A stretch of DNA of 64,000 bases, taken from the sequence record NC_048792.1. One strand, given 5' to 3'. Made by a program: the position numbers and the translations under genes. The stretch's first letter is position 1; every line of letters begins with the position of its first letter. The notes below the pieces were generated by a model, which worked only from the letters and a program-made list of their open reading frames with translations, was not told where the DNA came from and did no database searches. Shown here in pieces: positions 9,245-18,742 of the stretch.

Positions 9245-9940
9245 ATGGAAACTAAAGAGTTAACTTTAGTAGAAAAGATGCAGCGCCGCCGTGATCTGAA
9301 AAATCAGTTGCGTGAGCTACTGGAAAATCGTAACCCTGCCGATGTTTACACGGTAGTAAAGCGTCAATTCGTGCTCGATGAAAATGGGGAAACCAAGTTA
9401 GTCGAACGTGAGGTGCAGACTACCAAGGCAGAGGAAGATCTCCGTCTTGAGATTGATAACCTTAAGGCCGAGATTAACCATTACTCCGGCGACCACTGGA
9501 TGAACCGCCAGCGCGTCAATGAACTGATTGCTAAGGCGAAAGTTCAGTACGATGAAGTTATCTCGAAGGGGATAACTGATGGTCTGATCGAAGTTAAAAG
9601 TTATGGTCTGATGTTCCTTTCAAATGGCGACGTTGCTTTCGGATCTACTCCTCGGTGGTCTACTGTGGAAATCGAAGAGCAGTTGAAAGAAGCCGCAGGT
9701 CTGTACCACAGGGAAGCGGCCGTACTGTACTCCAATTCCGGCGCAATGCACAGCGGCCAGAATAAAGGGTTTAGTACTCTGACCAAAGACCTCCGAGTCA
9801 TCGGCGCAGCCACAGGGAAAGATAAATCTCGCATCTTCCCTATCCACGACGAAGCACCGTTTATCCCAGGTAATCCAAAACCCCAGGGTAAAAACGATCT
9901 GCTTTCCAAATTAATCCGCCGTCGGGTTAACAACAAGTAA
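9245..9940 (+). CDS. Hypothetical protein, coiled-coil N-terminus
   Basis: 231 aa ORF, co-oriented and closely spaced. Confidence 0.75.
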   Translation: METKELTLVEKMQRRRDLKNQLRELLENRNPADVYTVVKRQFVLDENGETKLVEREVQTTKAEEDLRLEIDNLKAEINHYSGDHWMNRQRVNELIAKAKVQYDEVISKGITDGLIEVKSYGLMFLSNGDVAFGSTPRWSTVEIEEQLKEAAGLYHREAAVLYSNSGAMHSGQNKGFSTLTKDLRVIGAATGKDKSRIFPIHDEAPFIPGNPKPQGKNDLLSKLIRRRVNNK

Positions 9941-10015
9941 CTTGTAGTAAATAACGTCATTATCCGTAGTATGTACAAACTGTAAATCACTCAATCTCAA
10001 ATAGGAAATATCAAC

Positions 10016-10258
10016 ATGCAAATCGAACTGAACGAAGTACTGGCATCCAAAGTTGAAACTCTGGCAACTGCAACTGGCAAAGACGCACACGGCGTCGTAG
10101 AAGCTGCGATCGAAACTTTCGCCTGGACCACCACCGCAGAAGCCGCCGGCAAAACTGTTCTGGCTGCCAGTAAATCTGACGAAGGCACCTGGGTGGAAGA
10201 AGCGTTCCTGTCTGACGCTGACTTCCGTAAAGCTCCGGAAGCTGACGTAGCAGAATAA
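10016..10258 (+). CDS. Small protein, possible ribbon-helix-helix DNA binder
   Basis: 80 aa, RBS AGGA, strong codon bias. MQIEL-NEVLASKVETLATATG-KDAHGVVEAAIETF fits a strand-helix-helix pattern. Confidence 0.6.
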   Translation: MQIELNEVLASKVETLATATGKDAHGVVEAAIETFAWTTTAEAAGKTVLAASKSDEGTWVEEAFLSDADFRKAPEADVAE

Positions 10259-10286
10259 ACCAAACAAATCGGCGCGATGCGCTACG

Positions 10287-10312
10287 CTAGGATACCCTTC
10301 GGGGTATCCTAG
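10287..10312 (+). terminator. Intrinsic terminator
   Basis: CTAGGATACCC-TTCG-GGGTATCCTAG followed by a long T-rich run. Confidence 0.8.
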
Positions 10313-10357
10313 TACCTACTTCTTTTATCTTTTCTTTTTTTGTTAGAGGATAGCAAC

Positions 10358-11011
10358 ATGACCGTTATCACCAAAGAAGAACTCCTGTCCGAGATGAAGA
10401 CTCGCTTCTGTGAAGCTCTCGATTCTCTCTACGGTTTCCAACTCGTCATCGACGAAGAATACAACATCCTGGAGATGGCTACTCTCCAGCCATTAGTTAG
10501 CCCAACTACCCATAAAATCCTGGCGTTGATCAGCACCCAGATGATGGAAGAAGGTAAGTACGAAAACTTACCTAAAGACCCTGCTGATCTTTACAAACAA
10601 CTGGACGCTAAGTTAGGCGAAGGCTGGCGTTCTATCCCAGTAACTAACTTCAAGTCTGATCCGAACGACGTATTCGACTGGGGTCAGATTGCCTCGATCT
10701 ACATGGTAGGGAGTAACATCTCCTATCAGATCAACAGCTTCTTTGCTATCATGGCCGCTCTGGCACTTAACTACGAAATCATCGTTACCTTCAACGACGA
10801 AGGTCAGCCGAGCATCCAATTCCCGGATACTTTCTCTGAGATCAAATCGGTAGTTGATGAGATTGTTGCCATGTACGCCGATAAGCTGGCGGAACGTCGT
10901 ATCGAACTGGAAGCTGAGAACGAAGCTGTATTGAACAGAGTCCGCAGCGCCGTGACCATCGACCAAGATGCCGCCAACGCACCTGAGCTTGATCCAGCCA
11001 AACCAGAATAA
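10358..11011 (+). CDS. Hypothetical acidic protein
   Basis: ORF 10340-11011; ATG at 10358 follows GAGGA. Confidence 0.8.
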   Translation: MTVITKEELLSEMKTRFCEALDSLYGFQLVIDEEYNILEMATLQPLVSPTTHKILALISTQMMEEGKYENLPKDPADLYKQLDAKLGEGWRSIPVTNFKSDPNDVFDWGQIASIYMVGSNISYQINSFFAIMAALALNYEIIVTFNDEGQPSIQFPDTFSEIKSVVDEIVAMYADKLAERRIELEAENEAVLNRVRSAVTIDQDAANAPELDPAKPE

Positions 11012-11020
11012 CAAACATAG

Positions 11021-11044
11021 CCGGAGGACCTTACGGTCCTCCGG
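11021..11044. terminator. Hairpin between convergent genes
   Basis: CCGGAGGACC-TTAC-GGTCCTCCGG. Confidence 0.75.
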
Positions 11045-11051
11045 TTTATGA

Positions 11052-11660
11052 TCACTTCTTAGTCAACAGCTTTTGTAACTCTGCTACAGTTTGTCTCAGG
11101 GATGCATTGGCTTGTTGCTCTTGGAGTAACTGAGCGTAAGTCGATGTTCTGTTTTTGATAGCAGCTTGACGAGCCGCTTCCAGAGCATCGGCATCTTCTG
11201 GAGTAATAGCAGTAGTCGCAGGGATTTGATCCAGGTTCATCGTAGGCGTTACACCAAACGTATCGCTGATAACATTACCTACTTGTTCCAGTAAGAAATC
11301 AAACGAGACGTTCAGAGGAATCGGACCCAACTGAGCCGAGATAATCGCAATCCCATAGTTGGACATTGCAATCCCAGGATACTTCTCAATGTAGGTATCA
11401 GGAACCTGAATAACTGCACCGGCGTCACTCGAGAGTACGCACATTGTAGCATCGGCAGCTAAGTCTTCTTGGTACTTCTCCTGACTCAATCCCTTAGGTT
11501 GATAATGGACTTTGAAGATATCCACACCATCGAGAGAGATCATTTCTCGGAACTTGCGAAGAGCGATACAAGTGTAGAGAAGAGTAGGGTCAGCAGCCCA
11601 AGGGGACTTCAGACTCCAGATACCACGCATCGGTATCGAAGGCGTATTTTTCACTACCAT
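11052..11660 (-). CDS. Conserved phiKZ-like virion protein
   Basis: 202 aa with a C-terminal coiled coil; 3 bp from the upstream gene. Confidence 0.65.
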   Translation of the reverse strand: MVVKNTPSIPMRGIWSLKSPWAADPTLLYTCIALRKFREMISLDGVDIFKVHYQPKGLSQEKYQEDLAADATMCVLSSDAGAVIQVPDTYIEKYPGIAMSNYGIAIISAQLGPIPLNVSFDFLLEQVGNVISDTFGVTPTMNLDQIPATTAITPEDADALEAARQAAIKNRTSTYAQLLQEQQANASLRQTVAELQKLLTKK

Positions 11661-11663
11661 TTA

Positions 11664-12965
11664 TTAGTCCTTAGAGAACCCGTTTTTAATTGGTGCCAAA
11701 TACTGCACTGCGCCCACTGTTGTTGTGAGATAGTAGATGCCACCACGAACAGTACGGGTCATCCCAGTTGGAATGACACTGGTTGCTGTCGCTTTCTCTG
11801 CTGCTTTAAACAACGCGACCATGGCAATGATGAATTCGCGAGTAGCAGGAGGGATCTTACTGAACTCAGGGCTATCGGTAGAGATAGCGGCGTACTGAGG
11901 CCAGAGTGCGTCGAAGTTACTACCCACTGCGTAGTTGCGAATATGGCCGCAAGAGAGGAACGCGATGTTCTGGTAAGTTGAACCAGAGATACACGAGTTC
12001 TCCGCCACGTGTGCAGGATCGTAGCCAACGAAGTACTTAGCCGAATAAACCGGAATGTCCTTGACTGGTACAGTCGGGGAATACAACCCAGTTGATTCGA
12101 TCTGGTTAGGTAAGGAATACCGATCCCAGATAGGTACCAAGTAAAACTCAGTTGGAGTGAACAGGTCAGGTAGAACCTTTTCCCACTCGTCACGCCCGTA
12201 TTTCGAGTTACTTAAAATGTACTCACGCAGCGCATCTTTAATGTGGTCTAAGTTAGACCCGGCAAAGCCACGAATGATTGCAGTAAACGGGGCCAGGTAA
12301 CGCACTTCATCGTTGGTGCGATCTACCCAGGTAAAGTTACCCGTCCAAATTTCTGTTTGGGGTTGATCCCCTATTTTAGCCTGGATACGATCCGAGTGAC
12401 TTTTAACCGTAATCGCCTTCAGAATATCGAGTACGTCATTCCCGCTACCCATTAAAAGGTCGATATCATCGACTGGTGGGACGACGTCAATTTCGAAGTT
12501 CGGATATTCCGTACGGAAGTTGGCGTCAGCGTACCAAATATAGACCTCATTCTCTTCACCTGCGGTGGAGATGCGATATTGGATACTGCTTGGGAAATTA
12601 TAGTTGCGGTGAGTAACAATTTCACCTACACTACGGAATTCCGCAATGGTGGCGAACTGAGTATTCAACGCCTGAAGCAGACCGGTTGTATCTTTACCAA
12701 TGAGGCCCTGAATACTACGGGTATAAAGCCATTGGGATATTTGTAGGGTGATGCTGTAATACGCCAAGTTAAGGTCTACTTTCTGACCGTCCCGGCGTAC
12801 ATCGAAGGTCATCAGACTGACGTCAGGATAATCCTGAATTCGGTACAGACCTTTCTCGCTACTATACGTAGCGGAGTGAGCTGTAATCTCACCGACGGTG
12901 GACGTTTGTCCTGGGACGTTGTCGATGAAGTTAGCAATATTGACGAAGCCGTACAGTGTCAACAT
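11664..12965 (-). CDS. Virion structural protein (phiKZ gp157-like position)
   Basis: 433 aa, start MLTLYGF with RBS GGAG; synteny next to RNase H. Confidence 0.65.
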   Translation of the reverse strand: MLTLYGFVNIANFIDNVPGQTSTVGEITAHSATYSSEKGLYRIQDYPDVSLMTFDVRRDGQKVDLNLAYYSITLQISQWLYTRSIQGLIGKDTTGLLQALNTQFATIAEFRSVGEIVTHRNYNFPSSIQYRISTAGEENEVYIWYADANFRTEYPNFEIDVVPPVDDIDLLMGSGNDVLDILKAITVKSHSDRIQAKIGDQPQTEIWTGNFTWVDRTNDEVRYLAPFTAIIRGFAGSNLDHIKDALREYILSNSKYGRDEWEKVLPDLFTPTEFYLVPIWDRYSLPNQIESTGLYSPTVPVKDIPVYSAKYFVGYDPAHVAENSCISGSTYQNIAFLSCGHIRNYAVGSNFDALWPQYAAISTDSPEFSKIPPATREFIIAMVALFKAAEKATATSVIPTGMTRTVRGGIYYLTTTVGAVQYLAPIKNGFSKD

Positions 12966-13022
12966 ATCCAGTTTTCTCCAAAAATAAAATTATGATAATT
13001 TGCAACGCAGGAGGCTTCCGCC

Positions 13023-13454
13023 GTGAACCTTTTGATTTTGAGAATCATCCCGTACCTGTACTACTTCATTAGGGAGCAGTATAGAGCGGACGTGGAAGGG
13101 AGACCCCCAACCAAGAAGCAAAGGACGAAGTACCGTACGATCATCTCCGTACTGACCATTTTCATCATCGTAGCTGGCGTATACCTTGGGTATAACAAGT
13201 TCGTTGATCGCAACATGGTTTGCGTAGATGAAAGGAAAGTCGAAACCTTACCATCTTCGATTGGTGTTGTTTCTCGCGAAACGTACGAAAAAGATGTGCG
13301 ATTACTTATTCGGGAAAGTGTTGAGAAGGATTTCTTGAACGACAACCTCCGGGCCGAAGTCAAGAAGCTCTGCGACAAACATCCAACCGATTGTAACGAA
13401 AATACCCATCACATGATTGACCAGAGTAACAAAGTAAACCCGAACGGAAAGTAG
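13023..13454 (+). CDS. Single-pass membrane protein
   Basis: GTG start, RBS GGAGG. Basic stretch KKQRTKYR, then TM IISVLTIFIIVAGVYLGY, then a helical C-domain with three Cys. Confidence 0.7.
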   Translation: MNLLILRIIPYLYYFIREQYRADVEGRPPTKKQRTKYRTIISVLTIFIIVAGVYLGYNKFVDRNMVCVDERKVETLPSSIGVVSRETYEKDVRLLIRESVEKDFLNDNLRAEVKKLCDKHPTDCNENTHHMIDQSNKVNPNGK

Positions 13455-13510
13455 TAGTTAAAAAATACGATGGTTCCGGTTAGTTTGTAAATAATATCAG
13501 GAGCTATCGA

Positions 13511-15091
13511 ATGACTATCGACGACATCCAAGAGGGCCTTTGGGCACCGGGTGAATTTAACGCGGTGTTATACACCGATGGTGGCTCTAACCAGGATACT
13601 TTGTTATCGGGTTGGTCTATCCATGGTTACGTTTATCCGCTGGTAGAAGAGAAGAAGAACGAATTCACAAAGGCCAAAGGTGTCCCGAGTAACTACGGGT
13701 ATGTCGATGGCCGTACAACAACTCCTTCTCGTAATTTGGGTACTGATCGCACTTACAAAGGTTCGAAAGGTACCCCTTTATTTCCGTACCCGGTAAACCC
13801 GGACGCGGCACCAGTAGTACCAATGCATTACCTTGATTTCTACGGTGGGCAACATGCCACTACGAATAACTACGCAGAAATGACCGGGTTAATGGTCGCT
13901 CTGCAATTCATCGAAAAATTCCAACCTAAGCAAGCCTTCATCTTACCTGACTCAGAGTACGCTCTGAAAGGTCTGTTGGTCTGGCGCCAGGGTTGGGAAC
14001 GTAATGGTGGTAAGAACTCTAAAGGGATTATTACTCCTAACTGGGAATATTGGAAGCAGATCTACGAATTGTACGATCGTGTAGTAGCTGCCAATCATAC
14101 CGAGTTGTTCTTCACTCACGTATACGGCCACAGTGGCGATGCGGGTAACGAGAAAGCCGACTACAACGCTAACTGTGCGATGATCCTGCAGCGTGATGTT
14201 CCGGGCACTGCGAAGTTCCTGGTAAGTGATGCAAAAGGGTATATTCAGAAAACGAAAATAAGTAATCGTCTCTTAGAGCAACGTTGGTGGTATGCGACCA
14301 ACGATCGTGCTTCCAACAAATATGACTTCGACGAACGTCATTTTTACTTCTTCGGCAATCACGGGAAAGCTGAGGATGAGGAAGACCTGATCGGTAAATC
14401 GACCGCTACTGCTAAGGTATCGATTCTGCTAATGAAAGAGCCAGAGCCGGTACTGGAGTTATTAGGGGAGTTTCTGAAGAATCAGTTCTACGATGGCAGC
14501 AACGTGATGACATTGGGGTACTTGGAAAATATCCTTCAACCTGAACGTTACGCTAACTTGTTAACTCACGGGCAAGCTGTGCTGTGGGATGATAAGTCTC
14601 GCGATTTGCTGTCGACTCCGGATAAAGTACCCGTCCTTAAAGAGTTACGTCCAACGTATCTCGGATATACGCTGCTCGACAAGTTCGATGGTCTGGTAGG
14701 CGTACTGGAGAAATATCTGAAAGGTAACTCATCTGTGGTCGTTACTGACATTACGGATAAGTGCCTGGTTACAACGCAGGAAGGTAACAAGAAGCCGGTA
14801 ACTAAACCTACCGATGCTATCAACCCTCCGCATAAAGCGTTTACGGTCGAGCTGAATTATCTCATGGGAGGTAAGGAAGGCAAGACTAAGGTTAAACTCA
14901 AGTTGGGTCAAGATATCCCACTGCGTAATACCTTAAACGCAATTGGTACTTCGGAGACGAAAGTCTACGCAATTACCTGGCCAGTAGCACCGACCGCATT
15001 CCGTTATGGTACGATCGTAGAAGAGAACGGAGAGCTGTTATTCAGTTGCTCTTTAAGTTCCAATCTCTACGAGCTTACAGGCAAACTATGA
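13511..15091 (+). CDS. Ribonuclease H with C-terminal extension (phiKZ gp155-like)
   Basis: RNase HI motifs LYTDGG, TNNYAE, PDSEY, HVYGHSGDAGNEKAD. Confidence 0.9.
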   Translation: MTIDDIQEGLWAPGEFNAVLYTDGGSNQDTLLSGWSIHGYVYPLVEEKKNEFTKAKGVPSNYGYVDGRTTTPSRNLGTDRTYKGSKGTPLFPYPVNPDAAPVVPMHYLDFYGGQHATTNNYAEMTGLMVALQFIEKFQPKQAFILPDSEYALKGLLVWRQGWERNGGKNSKGIITPNWEYWKQIYELYDRVVAANHTELFFTHVYGHSGDAGNEKADYNANCAMILQRDVPGTAKFLVSDAKGYIQKTKISNRLLEQRWWYATNDRASNKYDFDERHFYFFGNHGKAEDEEDLIGKSTATAKVSILLMKEPEPVLELLGEFLKNQFYDGSNVMTLGYLENILQPERYANLLTHGQAVLWDDKSRDLLSTPDKVPVLKELRPTYLGYTLLDKFDGLVGVLEKYLKGNSSVVVTDITDKCLVTTQEGNKKPVTKPTDAINPPHKAFTVELNYLMGGKEGKTKVKLKLGQDIPLRNTLNAIGTSETKVYAITWPVAPTAFRYGTIVEENGELLFSCSLSSNLYELTGKL

Positions 15092-15468
15092 TCAAACTGT
15101 TGTTTTGTTTAATAGGTCGAAAGTATCTGAATGATAAGGGCCGGCGTATGCTGGTCCTCGGATCACTCTACGCAATTCTTCGTAAGAAGAAAAGTGTAAC
15201 GACCTCCATGGAAGAACTGAACGAGAAAATGAATATCGCGATCGATTGCCGCGGTCTTCAGTTAGCTGCGATCCTTCCCGAAATCCTTTGGGACAAAAGA
15301 AAACGCGAACGTTTGGAATCACTTCCTCCTGAAAGGCTGGTACGCTATTATTCACAGCTGCTGCCCACGTGGTTGAAATACGATCACCAAGGGAACAACT
15401 TTAATTTCGAGAATGATCTTCAACGGGTCACTGATCTCGCCTCAGCGAATCGTCATTTTGTTAGTTGA
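15088..15468 (+). CDS. Hypothetical protein
   Basis: ATGA overlap with the RNase H stop; begins MIKLLFCLIGRKY. Confidence 0.75.
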   Translation: MIKLLFCLIGRKYLNDKGRRMLVLGSLYAILRKKKSVTTSMEELNEKMNIAIDCRGLQLAAILPEILWDKRKRERLESLPPERLVRYYSQLLPTWLKYDHQGNNFNFENDLQRVTDLASANRHFVS

Positions 15469-15490
15469 TATCGAAAATAGAAAAAGGTAA

Positions 15491-15516
15491 CCCAGAGAGC
15501 CGTAAAGCTCTCTGGG
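15491..15516. terminator. Hairpin between convergent genes
   Basis: CCCAGAGAGC-CGTAAA-GCTCTCTGGG, with an A-run on one side and a T-rich run on the other. Confidence 0.75.
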
Positions 15517-15535
15517 CCCTTATTTGTTTTATTGC

Positions 15536-16405
15536 TTAGCGAGGCAGGACAGACAGTAGTTTTTTAGCTGTGTCATCCATTGCTTGTTTGTGGCTAGCGA
15601 AGCGAGTATAAACCGCTGCGTACAGCTCAACCATCTCTGCAACGTCGTAAGTAACTTCGGACAGTTCTTTGATGGATTTAGGATTGAAACGATACGGCAG
15701 GTTACTGTCTTTGATTTGGACAGCCAGGGTATCGAGCATCTTACCGATGTTATCGACAGATGCGTTCACCAGATCCATGTTAGAGCTGCTCAGACCTTCA
15801 CCCATGGCTTTGGTCAGGTTCATGGCTTCAATCGTGTCAGCGTTACGCTGAGCGCAATCGCCGTACTTACGAATAACGGTACGCTGGTTACCGGAAACAG
15901 GTTCAGCGATAGCTTTCAGCATACCTTGAACGTCAGCTTGTTTGATCGTAATGATCTTACCAACCGCGCTCATTTGCTCAGGGCTAGTAATCGCAGTAGC
16001 CAGGAACTTCTCGAACGGCTTCAGGTAGTTGTCGTACATGTTGATAGAGAACTCTACCGGATGACGATATGCATCCAGGTATTCCAGCCAGGTAACATCC
16101 AGGCCAGGGGTAACCGGTACACGTTGGTCGATGATATCGATATACGGTACGTTTGCCAAACGCTGCTGCAGTTTAGCAATGTTAGGATCACGAGTCGCCA
16201 GCACATCGGTCGCTTCCGGCTCGATATCCATGGAGAAGCTGCTCGAAACCTTTTTAAGGAAGTCACTGAACTTATTGATCAGTGGCATCAGAGGACGATG
16301 CAGAGCTAGTGCTTCATTAGACGGAGCTGTCATAGGGACAACCTTGACCAACTCGACCAAAGCGGCCTGCTCAGCTTTAATAAGAGAAAGGGAATGCTTT
16401 TTCAT
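15536..16405 (-). CDS. Virion (head) protein with probable propeptide (phiKZ gp153-like position)
   Basis: 289 aa helical protein. SNEAL near the N-terminus resembles the S/A/G-X-E protease sites. Located between RNase H and UvsX. Confidence 0.6.
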   Translation of the reverse strand: MKKHSLSLIKAEQAALVELVKVVPMTAPSNEALALHRPLMPLINKFSDFLKKVSSSFSMDIEPEATDVLATRDPNIAKLQQRLANVPYIDIIDQRVPVTPGLDVTWLEYLDAYRHPVEFSINMYDNYLKPFEKFLATAITSPEQMSAVGKIITIKQADVQGMLKAIAEPVSGNQRTVIRKYGDCAQRNADTIEAMNLTKAMGEGLSSSNMDLVNASVDNIGKMLDTLAVQIKDSNLPYRFNPKSIKELSEVTYDVAEMVELYAAVYTRFASHKQAMDDTAKKLLSVLPR

Positions 16406-16510
16406 GGAATAAACCTTTAGATCCGAAATGAAGGGACTTCAACATAAAAATAAATGTATCCCTCCATTAGAATGAACACAAGTTTCTTTATCGAACAGGA
16501 TTAATAACGA

Positions 16511-17935
16511 ATGAGTAATTTCAGCTTGAGTATCGGCGGCGTAGTCGGGAAGGACAAAGCTGCAGACGCTACAACACCTAAGTTAAACGTAGGGTGTCTG
16601 TTCGACCACTTCTCTGGTCGTTATACACCAGGTAAACACGGAGAGATGATCCTCAACGGCGGCTTCTCTTATATCAATGCTGTAGTAGGCGAGAACAACC
16701 AGTTCAAATCTACCCTGTCCGATTACTTCATGTTGAAGGCGCAGGAGAACTACTACGCGGCCACCAACAGTTTCTACTACGAGACTGAAGGTTCTAAAGA
16801 CGTATCCGGTCTGATGTACCGTGCGGCTCGCTGCCCACAGATCCAGGCCGAAGGTATGGAAGAGAACGATAAGTTCTTCTTCTCTAACATGCTGAAAATG
16901 TCCGGTAACGCATACTGGGACATTCGTAAGGAATACGGCGACGCTAAGACTGACAAGAAAAACAAAGTCAGTCAGTTGACCACTCCTTTCGTTAACGTGG
17001 ACGGTTCATCTATTACGATGTTCCCGCCAACGCTGGAAGAGATCGATAGCTGGTCGATGATGTCTTTTGACGCAATCGAACAGAAGTTCGGTGACGTTGA
17101 GATCGGCCACAAAGACAACAACATGATGTTCATGAACGACGGTCGATACAAGACTCAGATCATGATGCAGATGCCAAGTTTGAACGGCCGCCACTCTATG
17201 TTTACTTTCATGACCGCACACATCGGTTCTAAAGTGAACATGGATCCCAACTCTCCGCCGTCTAAGATCATGGCTGACCTGGCAGCAGGTAAAGGTCTGA
17301 AGAACGCCACAGAGAAGTTCACGTTCGTACCAAATAACATGTGGATGGTGCACAAACGTACTCCTCTGACTGACTCTAACCGCATTCCAATCTATGGTCG
17401 CGGTGAAGCTGGGTCTAAGGACGATAAAGACCTGGTGAAAGTATCGTGCATGAACCTGCGCGGTAAGTTCGGTCAATCGGGCGCGCCTTTCGAGCTGATC
17501 TTCTCTCAGACAGAAGGTCTGCAAGAGCACCTCACGCTGCTGCACTATCTGCGCGATACTAACAAATACTGGGGCATGGATTCTAACAACACCAACATGT
17601 CGTTGTTGATCTACCCGGAAGTGAAATTCACCCGTAATGCCGTACGCGATAAAATCGATGAAGACTACAAACTTCGTCGTGCTCTGGAGCTGACCGCTGG
17701 TATGTGCCAGATCAGTAACTTCATGTGGTATCTCGGTCCGCACGTTACTGTGCCGCCTACTGATATCATTGCGAAGGTGAAGGAGCAGGGATACGACATC
17801 AACGAACTGCTGGAAACTACTCGCGGTTATTGGCAGTTTGAAGAGATCAAGGAAGAGAAGCATTACCTGTCCGCACTTGACCTGATCAATATCGCTGCCG
17901 GTACTTACAAGCCGTATTGGATGAAGAAAAAATAA
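16511..17935 (+). CDS. uvsX: UvsX/RecA-like recombinase (phiKZ gp152-like)
   Basis: Variant P-loop GENNQFKST, YYETEGS, Walker B EEIDSWS, MTAHIG, NLRGKFGQSG. Confidence 0.85.
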   Translation: MSNFSLSIGGVVGKDKAADATTPKLNVGCLFDHFSGRYTPGKHGEMILNGGFSYINAVVGENNQFKSTLSDYFMLKAQENYYAATNSFYYETEGSKDVSGLMYRAARCPQIQAEGMEENDKFFFSNMLKMSGNAYWDIRKEYGDAKTDKKNKVSQLTTPFVNVDGSSITMFPPTLEEIDSWSMMSFDAIEQKFGDVEIGHKDNNMMFMNDGRYKTQIMMQMPSLNGRHSMFTFMTAHIGSKVNMDPNSPPSKIMADLAAGKGLKNATEKFTFVPNNMWMVHKRTPLTDSNRIPIYGRGEAGSKDDKDLVKVSCMNLRGKFGQSGAPFELIFSQTEGLQEHLTLLHYLRDTNKYWGMDSNNTNMSLLIYPEVKFTRNAVRDKIDEDYKLRRALELTAGMCQISNFMWYLGPHVTVPPTDIIAKVKEQGYDINELLETTRGYWQFEEIKEEKHYLSALDLINIAAGTYKPYWMKKK

Positions 17936-17950
17936 AGGAGAGCTAGTAAC

Positions 17951-18232
17951 ATGGTACGTCAAGAAGCACGCTTCCACATGGCCATGTTACTTGCGCAGTA
18001 TTCTAATCGGATTGCGAACCGCTTTGAAAGCTCGTTCGAACATCGTGAAAGAGTACGGTCAAGTAACAAAGCGGAAATGCTAGAGATCAACGAGTTCTGG
18101 TCAGGGGTACTCAAGAACGATTCCCCTGAAGCATCGCGATATTGCGAAACCCTTCCCGTTGATCGCGGTATTGACGTCTGGTTGGATAGCTTCAACTCCA
18201 AAGTGCTTACCTATATCTTACGATACTGGTAA
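17951..18232 (+). CDS. Hypothetical protein
   Basis: 93 aa, RBS AAGGAG. Confidence 0.75.
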   Translation: MVRQEARFHMAMLLAQYSNRIANRFESSFEHRERVRSSNKAEMLEINEFWSGVLKNDSPEASRYCETLPVDRGIDVWLDSFNSKVLTYILRYW

Positions 18233-18247
18233 CTGAGGGTCATCGAT

Positions 18248-18742
18248 GTGGCCAAATATAAAATCATGGTATCGGGTTGTAGGGGATACATCCGATACTA
18301 TCAATTCGCTAAGTTGATGGATAAGCTCCTGAAGCGCTTCCCTAAAGATGAAGTTATTATCATCGAAGGGGGCGCTAAGGGAACTGATTACTTAGCTTTC
18401 CTCTATGCTTTGCGTCGTGGTTATAAGTGTTTAACTTTTACCGCAGATTGGGACAACCTCGGTCCGAGTGCGGGATACATTCGTAATGCAGAGATGTTAG
18501 AGATCGCCACGCATTGTGCAACCTTCTGGGATGGCAAGAGTAAAGGAACTGCTCACGTTGTACAGAACGCACATCGTTATGACGTCGCACATCGCGCATT
18601 CACTATCGAGATTCCTAAAAATGAAAAACAGAGAAAAGGCAACAGCACTTGGCGTAAAGCTAATGGCAGAACTCTTTCCAAAATCCGGCAACGACACCAT
18701 GCTCAAAGCCGACCTGGAAAAGTTGAGCGACCAGCAGTTTGA
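18248..18742 (+). CDS. SLOG-family (YspA/DUF2493-like) protein
   Basis: IMVSGCRG, IIEGGAKGTD, ADWD..GPSAGYIRNAEM, FWDGKSKGT. Confidence 0.8.
   Translation: MAKYKIMVSGCRGYIRYYQFAKLMDKLLKRFPKDEVIIIEGGAKGTDYLAFLYALRRGYKCLTFTADWDNLGPSAGYIRNAEMLEIATHCATFWDGKSKGTAHVVQNAHRYDVAHRAFTIEIPKNEKQRKGNSTWRKANGRTLSKIRQRHHAQSRPGKVERPAV

Noticed and set aside
15584-16309. 241-aa plus-strand ORF
   Set aside because: Antisense to the 289-aa virion gene; composition typical of shadow ORFs.
17006-17977. 323-aa minus-strand ORF
   Set aside because: Antisense to uvsX.
18516-18620. Longer N-terminus for the vRNAP beta fragment
   Set aside because: Lies inside the SLOG core with no RBS; MKNREK at 18621 is more plausible.
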